Origin: Moniliella sp. 'wahieum'
Lineage: Eukaryota
Direction of reading: 5' to 3'
Length of the DNA: 64,000 bases
Assembly (NCBI GenBank): GCA_003971905.1
Contig: RSEE01000018.1
Span: 496,001 to 560,000, forward strand
The position numbers and the translations under genes are program-made. The notes below the pieces were generated by a model that worked only from the letters and a program-made list of their open reading frames with translations, had not been told where the DNA came from and made no database searches. Position 1 is the stretch's first letter, and the number at the start of each line of letters is the position of its first letter. This document shows, piece after piece, positions 1-13,471 of this stretch.

Positions 1-110
1 AACGCGTAACACCGGGAACAGGTAGCTTAGGCCAGGGCCTATTACTTTCCCTCCGCCCGGTGCTGTGTGTTCCGGTCTTCCGGTTGTTTGGCTGGGGGCG
101 GCCGAGGCGG

Positions 111-111
111 G

Positions 112-147
<36 letters not shown>

Positions 148-148
148 C
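111..148. repeat. (GCAG)n microsatellite, about 9.5 copies
   Basis: Directly visible gcaggcaggcag... tract upstream of the acyl-CoA synthetase. Confidence 0.95.
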
Positions 149-611
149 GGGCACCGGGGACGCGGACGAAGGAACCCCAACCATCAGCGCCAGCAGCGCA
201 TCAGCCATCCCCACCGTCTGGGTGCTGAGTGCGGGAGCCGCCCAGACAGTGCTCGCGCCTGTGCAATCACACGTGGGTCATCATGCATCATGCACCAACC
301 TATCAACATTCAATTATTCAACACAGCCGTGCGGGGCACCGCTTCCTCTGCCTCCTTGCTCTCTCGCCCATCTGCATCAATATTCAATCCGTCGGGTAGC
401 CTTCGATGCTGCACCACCACAGACCTGCCAGGGGGCATGCCAGTGGCTGTACCCTGGCACACGCCCAGGCGCACTAACCCCGCACCACTGCCCTCGTGCC
501 GCAGCGGCATGCATCATGCTACTAACCCCGCCCATATATCCATCCAATTACCCCACCAGCGCCTGCGCCCGGCCTCCCGCCATGTCCGCCGCCTCCGCCT
601 CTTCTACTTAA

Positions 612-2866
612 ATGGCCTACCTCCTCCGCCTCCTCCGCCGCTATCAGCACCACCCCCACCCACCCCCACTCCTTCCCCTGCCTCGGCCACTGCACTCGCT
701 AGCCAAGATGGATTCGACAGGCTTCGTGCCGCTGCGGTCTTCCCAGCCCCCGACAGACCGCCCCTTTGTCCTCCGCATGGCTGTCCGCCCCGGCACACCT
801 ATCAACCACACCCCGCTCACCCCCGTGTCGTTTCTGCTGCGCTCCGCCCTCATTGCGCCTACGGCCCAGGCGGTCGTCCCACCCCGAGCGCAGCTACGGC
901 TTCACCTACGGCCAATGGGCCGCTCGCTGCCTCAGCCTCACCTATGCCATCCGCTCCGCCCCCTCCTTCCAGCCGGGCACTCCGGTCGCCGTGGTTGCTC
1001 CCAACTGTCCTTTGATTCTCGAAGCCCACCAGTCCGTCCTAGCTGCAGATTCCTTTGTACTTCCTGTCAACGTCCGCAACACTCCCGCCGAGATTAGCTA
1101 CATCTTGGAGCACAGTGGCGCCAGCCTCATCCTCGTCGACCATGCCTTTACTCACCTCATCGAGCCTTACCATACCGAGAAGCGAGGGATCACAGTGGTT
1201 GTTAGCCACGACACGGGCGGAGCTGAGGGTTGTCGGTCGACCCATATGAGCAATTCCTCGATCAAGGCTGGCTTCGATGGCAACAAGCCAACGAACAAGC
1301 GGCTCAGCTGGCCCAATCTCAGGGTCGCAGTCTAGCCACTGCCCCTCGTGATTGGGAAACGGTGCCAATGCCCGAGTCGGAGTTTAATCCGAGTTCGCTC
1401 TGCTACACCAGCGGAACAACCGGCAGGCCGAAAGGCGTCATCACCACCCTGCGCGGTTCCTACCTAGCCGCCTTGGCCAATGGTAAGTCCAGAGCCTCTC
1501 TTTTACTGCATGTACAGGTTCAAAAAGCGATGACCCGACGCTTCTCTTTCTGCTTCTAGCTTTCGAGATGCGTATGGACCACAATAGTGTCTATCTCTGG
1601 ATTCTCCCGGCGTTCCATGCGAGCGGCTGGACGTATCCTTGGGCTGTGACGGCAGCATTGTCGTGCAATTACACCCTTCGTCGGGTGGATTACGATGCGA
1701 TCTGGGAGGCCTATCTGCACGGAGGCGTTACCCACGCCTGTGGTGCCCCCACGGTTCAAGTAGGGATCGTGTCCCACCCGAAAGCCAAGAACGTCAAGAC
1801 GCCCACCCGTGCCACGATTCGCATCGGCGTAGCCGGCTCTGCCCCGACAGCTGCCCTGCTGGGACGGATGGAGAGCCTGGGCCTGATGCCCGTACCGCTA
1901 TACGGTATGACGGAGACCTACGGCCCCATCACGCGGCGGTACGATGAGAAGGGCGGATTGGGTGAGGCATGGCAGCATCTCACTCCGGACCAGCGAGCTC
2001 GTTTGATGGCGCAACAGGGACACGGTTTCTTGACTGCCGATGAGGCCCGTGTGATCCGGATTCCCAAGGACTTTGATGGTGATTGGAGCAAGGTCAAAGA
2101 GCCTGCGGAGGACGTGGCGGAGGATGGAACGGAGGTTGGAGAGGTGGTCATGCGTGGCAACATTGTCATGCGGGAGTACTTCAACGACCCTGTCGCCACG
2201 GCCAAGGCGACAAAAGACGGGTACCTGTGCAGTGGTGACTTGGCTGTCCGTATGCCGGGGGTGCGATTGCCATGCGGGATCGGTCCAAAGACATTGTCAT
2301 CTCGGGTGGAGAGAACATTAGCACCACTATGGTCGAGCAAGAACTTACGGCGCATGAACTGGTGCGGGAATGCGCAATGGTCGCTCGCCCCCATCCTCGC
2401 TGGGGCGAGGCGGGACATGCGTGCGTGGTGCTTACCCCGGTGGGGCTGCGGACGCTTTTGGACAAGATGCATGCCCAGGCCAAGGCCGCCGGCCGTCCCT
2501 GCCCAGTGTGAAGGCAGCGCAAGTGCCCGAGGCAGATGCAGACAGCCACGACCGGGGCTTGGCGGCAGCTTGCGAGGCGCTGAACGCTGAGCTGGATTGG
2601 CGCTTGGCTCTGACACAGGAAATGAGGGCTTGGTGCAGGGAGCGGATGAGCCCCTTTGCTGTGCCAGCTTGGGTCGAGCTGGTACCTTACCTGCCCAAGG
2701 TCCCGACCGGCAAGGTACAGAAGAACGTGCTGCGTGAAAAAGTGCGGAAGTTGGACGCCGATTATCCTGTTCCCTTGACCTGGTTACTTCCAGTGCCAGT
2801 ACCCACCAACCTACCGCTGAAGCCTCCAGTGGTTTCGTTCCGGACATGCCTGTCAGCAAGCTCTAG
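612..2866 (+). CDS. AMP-binding acyl-CoA synthetase/ligase, predicted peroxisomal (C-terminal SKL)
   Basis: Motifs TPLTPVSFLLRSALI, AMP-binding YTSGTTGRPKGV, PAFHASGW, YGMTETYGP, GEVVMRGN, SGDLA, DRSKDIVISGGENIS and LPKVPTGKVQKNVLR. Intron 1483-1559 (GTAAGT..TAG). Restoring one base in the CCC run near 2772 gives ...GFVPDMPVSKL* (TAG 2864-2866). Several frameshifts. The start could be 612 or 708. Confidence 0.9.
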
Positions 2867-4192
2867 AGAGAAGGCATATAGACATGCTCCACGATGAAGA
2901 GGAACGCAGCGTGTAGAACTCGTTCCTCATCCACTGATGTATACTGTGTTGATATGAGATGTGTGCAGATGTGCTTGCTATATATACGCTCATGTTCTCC
3001 GTTCCTTTTGCAACCCACCGTTCAATTGTGTGTACTTCCTCTTAGGCCTGGGTCGGCTTCACCTCGTCTCTTTTACCTATCCTGTGCTGTTTTCCGTCTC
3101 ACGACTTTTTGAACATAAGGGAAGACAACCTGCACGGCTGCTAGTACCGAGCCGACACGAAGGACTGTGGCGCCACAGTATAACACGGAGCCTTTCGGTG
3201 AAACTGAAGCGTCACTCGGGGCTTTTGTAAATGAGATGCCACAGCCACCATCGTTTGTCGACAGGCGTGTTATAGAGAACTGACAGATAGCATTAATCCA
3301 TTTTGTCAGCGACAAGATCCAAGCATCTTCATCGTCGTTCATCCTCGTCTGGTCTGCTGGTTCAATTGACGCCGCATAATCATTTCACGAATCAAAACAG
3401 GGGAACCCACCAGGAGGGAGGAGGGACTACAACTCTGGTCAGTACTCCTCTCTTCCCTCTCCACCGTCGAGCCGCTGTTGGTCCACTGGTGTCACCAGGT
3501 GGTTCTTTCGACGGCGGTTTGTCAACGTCGACAGGAGTCTCCACCACGGGCTCCGACTCAGGTATCAACGTTGATACGTCCTGTGTCCCTCGGGCGGCGA
3601 GCGGCGTTGTTAGTCCGACTGGACCCTCCTTTTGGTGCAGGAGGAAGGCATTCCGAAGTGGCAGTGCTGGCTCAGCAAACGTTGATATGGCGGCAAAGGT
3701 GGTGGGAAGAAGGGCATGCAGTCCGCGCAAAAATGATGCAGCTCTGTGGTCGCTTCACCACCAGGGGTCGAATTGTGGCCTGTGGCGCCGCTGATTCATG
3801 TGGATCATGTGGATCATCATGCATCGTGCATCATGCATCACACCCAAAAGCGAAGCATAATGCTCGAGGTGGAATGAGCGATTAGAATACAGAGCGAGTG
3901 CGCGGCGCCCGCTGTGAGTAAGTACCTTTTGGCGCGCTCAGCGCGTCACCCGTTGAGCTGCCTTGATCTGATTGCCACAGCCATCAACCGTACGGGGGCA
4001 CTATACAATGAAGACCCTTCTCCCTCTCGAGCAACAAGTTGAATAATCCGCCGTGAGAACACGTCGTAGCGTGTCAGCGGAGAAGTACGAACGCACAGTT
4101 CAAGCAGTACAAAGAGACACCTGCTCACCTAGCTGAGGAACTCTCCTACAAGTACACCATCACCATCTCCCCAAAACACACAATCTGCCAGC

Positions 4193-5959
4193 ATGCCCGT
4201 TCGCCGGAACCCGGAACTTGATCCCGAAAACAGAAAGTATTGGTGCCCCATCAACATCGAAGGCATCGTACACTATCGATGTTTAGTATGCAATTATTCC
4301 TCCCCGATACGCGTGGATTCTTTCCACAAGCACGTCACGAGTCCGCGAGCACGCAAGGGGCAAGAGCTGCTCGCACATCGGATGAGGGAACAGGCTGAAG
4401 CCAGGAAATTATCACGATTGATCTCTGGCAGAGATCCTCCCGTTCAAACGGAAGGCACGACAGGCACATCACCAGACGGATCTCAGCGCAATCCTGGCGA
4501 TTACGCCGCTCCTGAACAAGACAATAAAGAAGGGGTAGTGGTCGAGGAGGAAGAGGAGGAGGTGGTGGAGAAGAGGGGTTTGTCGCAACTTCATCGAGAT
4601 CGCTCTGTCTCTAGGCTCTTGAGTGTGATCTTTTCAGAAGACGAAGCGGAGAATCCCCAAGCGTTGAAAGACGTGCGCCAAGAGAGAGCGCAAACGCAAA
4701 CGTGTCGCCGACTTGCCCAAGCAGGAGGATACTCCCAACCTGATGGAGGCATGTCTCCCGTTCAAGAAGGCCCGGTTGCTGAACCTGGCATCCTCTCCCT
4801 TCGGGGGGGCTTTATCTGCTATCCTTGACAGGCCCAGTAACTTCAGCCAACGAGCATTAACTCAGAAGGGGACGAGCAGGACGAATTGCTCGTATCCCCC
4901 TGATGTGACCCTTTCCCCGGCGCAGGAGATCATTCTTTCATCGATCCGCTCGTTACACCGGCAACTTGCTTCAGTGCGTGAGGAAATCGATCCGATCAAG
5001 AAACTTCGGGAGCTCTTGTGTCAAACAGTGCGAAGCAAGAATCGTTGGCTGGGGGCTTTTTACATGCGCAACCCACACCAGTATTTGCAGCAACGCTTGC
5101 TGGAGCACAACAAGGTCAGGACCATCAGCTCTCGCCGCACATCCCTGGATTCTTTTGAAAGTACTGACACTTCCTCTCTTTCCATGAATGGTTCGTTTCT
5201 CACAGAGATGGTGCACAGAGCTCGCGGTATGGGTTTTTCTGCATCCCCAGAGCAAGGCCTGCAACAACAAAGATTAGGCTTGTTCTTCCGTCGGCAACTG
5301 GCTTGTTCCCCTCGAGGTCTCAAAGAGTTTAACTTGACGCGGGACAACTCCTGGCTCACATCGGTCGAGAAAAACAGTTTGACCAAACCCTGTTGACGGT
5401 GTTCCTGAACCGGCCTGGTCCACCATGCGTCCGCGCATTTACGATTTGGCGGTACGTTGTGTGCACATACCCGATATGGTTGCTTGCAGTCGGAGATATT
5501 GACTTTGGGTCATTTCAGCCCATGTCTGTGGATGCATCGCACCAGGAGGACTGGATGAACGAGACTGCGTCATGGACAGCAAGGGTCTGGGGAGTATAGG
5601 GTCCAACAGTATGGGATCAACGCGCATGCTCTCGTTCCCATGGTGTCTCGTCGCAAAGTCGTGTCCCTCCTTCTGGCTACAGCGATGTATAAGCAACTGT
5701 TTGGGGGCTTTGAGCCAGATTCGACCCCCACCAGGGGCAGGGAATCAGGATCCCGGGGCAAACAGGTCGAGACCGGCGAGGATGCTGATGACCTGCCGGA
5801 GGAAGACCTCACTGGCGCAACTGGCCCGCATCCCGAAAGGGCACCAAGAGGGCGAAGACACTGGACCCGTGGGCGGAGATCCAAAAGTTGATTGACCAGG
5901 AACCCCGTGTCATCGAGAAGTGCCGTGCAAAACGTGGTATTAGCGAAACGCTGGAATGA
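4193..5959 (+). CDS. Hypothetical zinc-finger protein, possibly derived from a fungal DNA-transposon transposase-like family; frameshifted
   Basis: N-terminal YRCLVCN..FHKH (C2H2/BED-like), an acidic linker, then LPFKK..ILDRPSNFSQRAL..SIRSLHRQLASVR..GAFYMRNPHQYLQQ. A plausible C-terminus LDPWAEIQKLIDQEPRVIEKCRAKRGISETLE* ends at 5959. The family assignment rests on recalled similarity only. Confidence 0.4.
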
Positions 5960-6591
5960 GTCAACGGCATTTCTGATCGCGTCCCCTTTCCTCCTCCTTC
6001 ACGCCATTTCAAGGGCTCGCCAACCCCCTCTGCCCTACGAACCTCACTGTAAGAGGATGACGGAATGGACACCCTATAACCCACCCCAAATATACGTAAA
6101 AATGTATTTGATCGAACCGGAAAGAATCCCCCTTGGAACACTTGAATAGGAACCAATTGTCGCGGCCCCTATAACGGGGCAATAGAGGGCGATGTGGAGT
6201 AGATTCAAAAACCAGAAATCGGGGAAATGAACGCTTGCGAATTTGGCAGATATACCCCTGGCGCAAATGCATGAGGTTAAGCTAAACATTCTATTATAGA
6301 GAGAGAAAGGGACAATGGTGTGCATACTACCTTCGTCATATGTGCCGACTTTAAAGCTAAGTGTGCCGGCAACTTGGGTTCATCTCAGACAATTAAACCC
6401 CGCAGTCGTGAAAGAAGTGGAACAAAGGCGAAATGGTGGCCTGCGTCATTTTCTGTAGCGCTGCATATATTGTAGGTCTGCGATATAAAAAGGGAGATTG
6501 CCATCGCGTGTACGAGAGAGAAGAGAACCAAGAAAGCGATGATACGTAAGTGAGGTCTGGCAGACAACGATGAAATAGTGCAACACATGGA

Positions 6592-8709
6592 TTACATCTT
6601 GGACAAGTCGCGGCCAAGATGCCACGTTTAACATAGTCCACCGTCAAAAGCAAGCGGGTACGCCAATCAACTTGCTCCGAAAGGTAAAATGAGCGCCACA
6701 CGTACATGGCCACCAACCCTCCAGCAAATTGGCCCACCCTTTCAGGCAGGAATGGAATGTCAAACGCTGCTGCATTGCCAATGTAGGCCAAGCTGCCCAA
6801 GTTGCGGAACTTGAACGGAGGATAGTTGTTATCCTCCCACTTGGCAGGCTTGGCCACCGGGTTGACGGAATTCAAGTCGTCAGATACACCGGAATTCCTG
6901 GTCGCAAGCTCCTGATCCCGAGCTGTGGCTAGGTCGTTGAGCATACCCCCTAAATACGCCCCTGCTGTGATGCGGTCTGGGCGGTGGCAGGTAGGCGGTA
7001 ATGTTGTTCTGCAGACCGAGAGGAGGGAGGCAAGCTCATTGATAGACAGCTTGTTGTCCTGGTCTTCGTCGTATTTTTGGAACAGACGGTCCAGTTTCTG
7101 GAAATGGCGTGTGGCCAGCGGGTAATGCACACTGATCTCTGTTACAACCCGGACGAATTCTGAGTAGGACAAGAGGCCGTTGCAGTTGCCGTCAAAACGG
7201 TCCACCCACTCGTAGAGATGGTCAATCAACCGATTGTCAATCGTTGCCGCATCCCCAAGTGCGTACATCGTGCCCGGAATGCTCCCTTTCACGCGGAGAT
7301 ACGAATCCACCATAAGTGCCTTGAGATGGAACTGATTAGGCAGGACCTGCGTCAAACGACGGGTGAATGGGTTCATGGCAATCCCTGTCGACCAAAGAGT
7401 AAGCCCGAGGGGATCTCAAACTCCTCCAGGGTATTGTCATCCTTGCGCACCGTGTAGACAACCTTGTCGGGAGCGATCAGCTTGACCCGCGTTAGTGATT
7501 AGTTGTACGCCCGTCGCGAGAGAACTTGCTTCGGCATATTGCGAGATCTTTTCGGCGTACGTGTTGAGAATGTGCTCTCGCGATTGGATGACAGACACCT
7601 TGACTTGGGCCGGGATGATCTTGGGATAGAGATGCTGGACGTCTTCGTTGATCATGTCGAAAATTTCGGCGGCGGTCTCGACTCCAGTCGGCCCGCGCCA
7701 CACACAACAAAGCTCAGCTGATCCGCTCTTCCGGAGTCGTAGTCGGCAGTGAAGCAATTTCCAGATTGTTAACGATCTTGGCCCGAATCGCACGGACTTG
7801 GGGGATGGTTTGAGTTGGTACGAGTGTTCCAACCCAGGAACGCCATGTGTTAGTCACACTGCCACAGGCAATGACCAGCTTGTCGTATGGCACGTACACA
7901 TGCTTGGTTAGATTGTCCCCCCCATTCTCGGCATCCTGATCCCCATCAATGACCGCCACCTCGAGTAGGTGCGACTCTTTTTTCTCTCACTGGGTGCCTC
8001 GAGCTGTGAAGGATCACCACATCGACGGCTTTGCCTTGTAAATAGTGCCCATCAACCCGTTTCAGGATCCGGCGCAACCCCTCCACCAGCGAGCGGGGCT
8101 CCACCGTGCCTACCGCGGCAGAGGGAAGGAGGGGAGTGAAGAGAAAGTAATTGGTCGGGGACACAACAGTTACATGGTACTTGTCCGGATCCAGCGCTTG
8201 AATTAGCGCAACCGCACCCCAGCCTCCGCCAACAATGACCAGATGCTCCTTCCGAGCCAGTTGGGCCGATTGCTCATCATCCGCATCGTCCACTTGGGTG
8301 GACAAGATGGGCAAGCGTTTCGGACCGCCCACCTCTGGCTTCAAAGCCAATTCGGGGAGGGTCACATTGCCGACATGGCGCTCAGTATAGGTAGTGAAAT
8401 CGTAAGCCATCAAGAGCACCACAGTTGCTGTCAGGCCAAAGACGATGCTCCCGTTCCCAGAAGAGTATATTTGAGAACTGGGTGCCGAGCCCAAAAGCCC
8501 AAGCGTCGAGGTAAAGCTGGTGGCGGTGAAGGTCCTTGCTCTTTGACCAGAAGAGGCTGCGAGGTGGAAAAGGCGCGCCAGGACGCAGTCGAAAGAGGCT
8601 GAACCGCCGAAAGTGTAACGATAGGCGTAGCAGCTCTCATGGGACCGCCGTTCCACATGGCTCTTCGAAGGGGCAGCATTACGCTCCGTGAGAATTGGGG
8701 GGGAGGCAT
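6592..8709 (-). CDS. Mitochondrial external type II NAD(P)H:ubiquinone oxidoreductase with EF-hands (64 kDa, Neurospora NDE1-like)
   Basis: Targeting-like N-terminus and TM segment, then HLVIVGGGWGAV, SPTNYFLFTPLLPSAAVGTVE, PYDKLVIACGS, GPTGVETAAE, YALGDAAT, EF-hand loops DGNCNGLLSYSE and DEDQDNKLSINE, GSLAYIG, WRSFYLSEQV and C-terminal GRDLSKM*. Multiple frameshifts. Confidence 0.92.
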
Positions 8710-10195
8710 AGCGATCTGAAGAGAGATGGTGGAAGTAGTCATAGATGTGTAAGCCGCGTGGTATAGGGATGCAAGTGTGTCTCTCCCCAACACGGGGGTC
8801 TTTGTTGGACGCGTTGGCGTGTTCGGTGTGCAACGGCGCGAGTGAGAGATCGGGAGGATGATGTCAATGATCGATGAGGCATCTTCGGCATCTCTCGAGT
8901 GTCGGGAAATGCTATCCCAGACGTCTGTCTCACAAGACCAAACTTTTTCTGGTTGTTGTCCCTCGCACATCACCTGCATCACACCGGCATTGGCCCCCTA
9001 TCTACCTTTCGATGGAGCAGACATGTTGACATTTACTGATTTAAGTCTCGTTTAACGCTTAACAGGCCCGAGGATTAACATATCTCGATCAAGCTGATCA
9101 AGCAATAATCTGATTGGCATCGGTGAGTACACGATTCGCATATTCGGACACGAAGGGAGGTGGCGCGCCGCGTCATACTGGTTTGGGTTATTTTTTAGCA
9201 GCAGGTCTCTCCGATTTAAAAGAGGAAAAGAACCACGCCGTGCTGCCCCATCGACCTCATCCACACACCTGCCCTTTTCACCTTCGTATCCATCTTCTCG
9301 TCCACCGATACACGTTTCCACACGGGTGTCCACAATTGCTATGTTTACTATACAGTCACTAATAGTTAATCGCGGGAGGCCTCTGCATGAGTATTTGTCA
9401 CACGTGCAGACAGCCTACTACGGATGCAGAGGAAGAAGGCAAGATGGCAGATGCCATCTCAAAAGACGGGGAGCGCTGGCAGGAACCAGCAGGATTTTAG
9501 AGACAGTATGACCCATTTCCCTCTGTACTAAGCCTACCTGATCTTCTTTGTCGGAATATAACTATGGTTTGTTTGTCTCAATACGCCAAATCCGCGCCTT
9601 TCGTATATCGCGGGGACCGCGGGTGGTACCGGAGATTCAATTGCTGGCTCAGAACCTGCGCTGCGGGATGATTGTGAACTGCGACTGAAGGGTTGCCAGA
9701 CGCCTTCAGAGAGGATTCAGATTCAGTGCTCAGTTCGTCGTCAGCATCCATGTGGCAGAGGCGACACATCATTGATCAGATGGATAACACGAACAGTACT
9801 GTCACTTATCACAACCTCGTTCTGCGCCCGCCCAGAACATTCATCACGCATTATGTTTGTCTGGTTGAGAGCCATCAGGGCGCAACCTGAGACCGGCATA
9901 GCAACCAGCGCAAGTTGGGGTTACCGGAATATAACACTCACTACCTCAGGCCTGAGCCTCAGTACTCAGACTCACTGCTCATTCAGGCTCAGGGCGCTCT
10001 GGCAGGGCGCTCTGGCCCCATTCCATCCCAACAAGGAGAATGCAAAACGGTTTTGGTCGGATGTCACAGGACGAGCGGCATCACTGGGTAGGGAGACAAT
10101 GACAAGGAATCATGGTAAGGGCAAAGGAGGGGCGGGGAGGTACCAAAGGGCGGCGCCGCAGTCGTGTGATAACAGGAACACGTCATTCGAGCCGA

Positions 10196-12651
10196 TCAAA
10201 CATTGGGCTTGATGAAGTGCAACGTCCAGGTCGCCAGTAGCTGATGGCTTCTTGCTTCCTCTGGGGTCAGAGGCCAGCCATACGTGAGCGGGGCAATCCA
10301 CCAGAACCCAGCAATGATAAGCCCCACCAGTCCCACAGGATGGAGAGGGTGGTGGATTCTACCCAATTGAACAAGGCGCGGCGGGTGTGGGTAAGCGGAT
10401 CGTCGCGCAAGCCGGGTCCGGGGCGCGAGATGGGGAAGTTATCGTCTCGGTCAGGACAAAGTTGACAACTGTACCGCCATAAACAAGCGAGGATGTTGGC
10501 TGGAAGGTAGTGGTGAAGAAATTGCCGGTTCATCAGGTAAAGGGGAGGTAGTGCCAAAGCCAGGCCACAAAAATAAATCCGCCGAAGAGCAGTCGGCCAC
10601 GGATGGCCGAGGCAATAGGGTAGATTCCTCGTTGACGAGCAAGCGCATCGGCCAACATAATGCCGACAAACATGCTGAGAGAAAGGGTACCAATGTACCA
10701 AGAGACAGGATTGCCAATCATATAGATCTGTTCTTGCTTGTCCCCATTTGTCCAGAACGAGATGCCAGAGATGAGGAACGGCCAGTTGAGTGGGCCAGAG
10801 GCATAAGGGTGGGACGAGGTGAGAAGGTTGTTCTGGTGCAGCATTGTCAACTGTAGCTCAGCCCACTTCTTGAAGAAGTTCATCTTGGTCACCTTCTTGG
10901 GCGGCAGGGGCTTGATCCGTTCCTCATAATCGTCCGCCAACTCATCCGGGTACAATTCATCGACCACCCACAACGCCGATTTGTCGAACACATTCTTGTT
11001 ACCGTTCACTTCTTGATGCTTGAATCCCCACTCGGGCAGAAGCTCATCGTCATGTGTCCAAAGCGAAACGCGGGTCGGGACATGAACCAAGTGCACGCTT
11101 GACGCTTTGGACTTCCACGCGACCTCAGTGTCCTTTCCCGCACCATCAATGTGCAGCTCAAAGAGCGTGTCATTGTAGCGACTGGTGTCGTTCCAAGGCC
11201 AGGTGGTGAATTCCTCGTTGGTTGCGATCAGTGGGCGGCCACATCGTGGCTCATGAGAACCGATCGTGTTGACATGCAAGAGGCGAACAATATCCTTATT
11301 GCGTACTACGGCCTCTTCGCCGCTGTACCGTCAGGAAGTGACTTGACCGGGACGACCTCCCAAAGATTGTTCGTGTCGTTGAATGGATAGGCAGTCACTT
11401 GCTGGCCTTGCGAACTGATCCTTCCGTCATCGTACCGAAGCGGGTAGGTGTCCCAATGCGAGTGAAGGAAGGCCTCAGTAGCTTTGTCCTTCAGCACGAT
11501 CCGGTCGCCATAGTGAATCTCACGTGCCTCCGCCAACAGTGGGTTCCCCTCGAGCGTTTCTTGAAACTCAGACGACATGAACGCGTCACCAGTTCCGCTC
11601 CGGGTCAGGATGGCAAAGTGGACCCAGAACCAAAAGATGTAAACGACAGCCGGCCAGAGAATCAGACCCACGGCACGGGCAGCAAAGTGTTTAGCGAAGT
11701 CATTCTGTGCAAAAAGTGGCCAATGAGCAAGTGGGTCCAAATAAAAGCGTGCGTCGAAAGCAGTTACGCACCAGACTCTTGCCTCGCCGGTAATCGAGCA
11801 AATTCCATAGGTCCCACACGACAGCCGTTCCAACACTGAATATGGTTAATAGTCCCACCATCTTGCACGACATGGTTAGCGCCAGGTTTGCGCCGTCATA
11901 AACATCCAGAACCACCAGCGCGCCGAGAACTCATTGTAGCGCTCCTTGTAGAACTTGATGTACGCGTAGATTGAAGTGGTCATAAAGAGCACAAGGGCAG
12001 CGTCGAGTAGGATGAGACGGTCTTGAACAATGTGTCCGTTCTCAAAGAGCACGAGGCAGGCAGTAAAGGTGGCAATGGCCTGGCCGTAGCCCGATTCGCG
12101 CATGATGGCGTACGCAAGCGGAACGAGCAGCGAACCGAGGAAGGCAGGGCCGGCCCGCATACGCACGTACGGCACATTGTTCTCGACGTACTTGTCACCA
12201 ATGTCGACAAACTCAAACTTGCCGTCAAACCCAGCAAGCCAGGCAACAGCAGCGTTGATGAGCTTGGCCAAGGGGGGTGACGTCAAAAAAGTACTCGCGG
12301 CGGAGATAGTAGGCGGCAAATTTGCCAAAGTGGACCTCGTCAAACACCACCTCGGCGGGGTGTTGGATGTAGTAGAAGCGCAAGGCAAAGGCGCCAGCCA
12401 AAAGGAGAAGCATAACAGGCACATCGGTGCGATTGCGGTAGATGGCGGGGTTGACGGGCGCGTAGTGCTTGAGGCGAGATGCGGGGACCGCCGGGGCAAT
12501 CGCGGCGACGCCGCTATCGGCAGGGGCGGGAAGGGCTGTCGGGGCTGGGGCAAGCGGCGGAAGCCGAAGCTGGTGCAGACGCAGGCGGTGGTGGCGAGGC
12601 AGCGTCGGTGGGCTCAGGCGCGTCCGCGCCCGAAGCCACAGAGGAGCTCAT
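10196..12651 (-). CDS. PMT4: Dolichyl-phosphate-mannose:protein O-mannosyltransferase, PMT4 subfamily
   Basis: VVFDEVHFGKFAAYYLRREYFFDV, RLILLDA, WDLWNLLDYRRG, SGTGDAFMSSEFQETL, MIR domain FLHSHWDTYPLRYDDGRISSQGQQVT, SSHPYAS, RQFLHHYLPA and C-terminal APLTYG..WTLHFIKPNV*. Intron 11705-11771 (GTGCGT..CAG on the minus strand). Confidence 0.92.
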
Positions 12652-13471
12652 GGTGGTTGGCGGCGCCGCCGCAGACCTCCGCCTGCTCGCGTCTGGCCAC
12701 GTCGCCCCAGGTGGCGTGTGGGCGCGCGCCTGGATGCGACGGAATATGAAACGTTTCATTCATCGGGCGCTCGCCGGTCCGGCCCTGGCCTCGCTGATAC
12801 GATGCGCCTGTACGTAACCACTCCAGGCACAGACACTGGCCGCCTGCTATCGGCTGTTTTTGGACGTGTTACGCGTTACGTGTTACGGCGTTGAAGACGG
12901 CGAAGCACCACTCCCTGCCTTCCTTGTGGGCCGAACACAGCAGGGTGGGGCAGACGGCGCTGGCCGGTGGCTGGCCCAACTTCTCGACAGCCTCAGACCT
13001 ACATGTTACACCTCTCATGTATTCCAACCAGAAGCCGGTTTCGGCTAGGTTAGCTGCGTGCCTGGCCGGCTCGGCCAGCCCTTGTGTCCGAAAGAATAAT
13101 GATCGCCGTCCAACCCATATTCCACGTGCAATGTACGTTCAACTGACTTTTGTACTGAGACTGGGTATCAGTACTCAGTGCCAGTACTTGGTACTCAGCT
13201 GTGGCGCGCTACAGGCGCGCGGACCTCCGCAGGCCTGAGGCCCTCAGGCCTCAGGCTCTCACTACTAGTCACTTCAAGCTTCAGGCAGGCCTCTGGCCTG
13301 AGGCCTTTCAGGGCCTCTCAGATCTCAGGGGCCACCGCGGATCCACACCCCACAGTTTCACAGCCAGCCCCCCTTTCCCCTTCTTCCCTCTCTCGTCCTC
13401 ACCACCACCGCCACTATCCCCACCACCACCTTCGTTTGCACCCTCTCACACAGATCCATCACTTCATCACC

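Noticed and set aside
5892..6149. KRWNE segment as the catalytic SKxWN motif of a transposase
   Set aside because: The preceding DDxSGN residues are absent, and another frame gives a more natural C-terminus ending at 5959.
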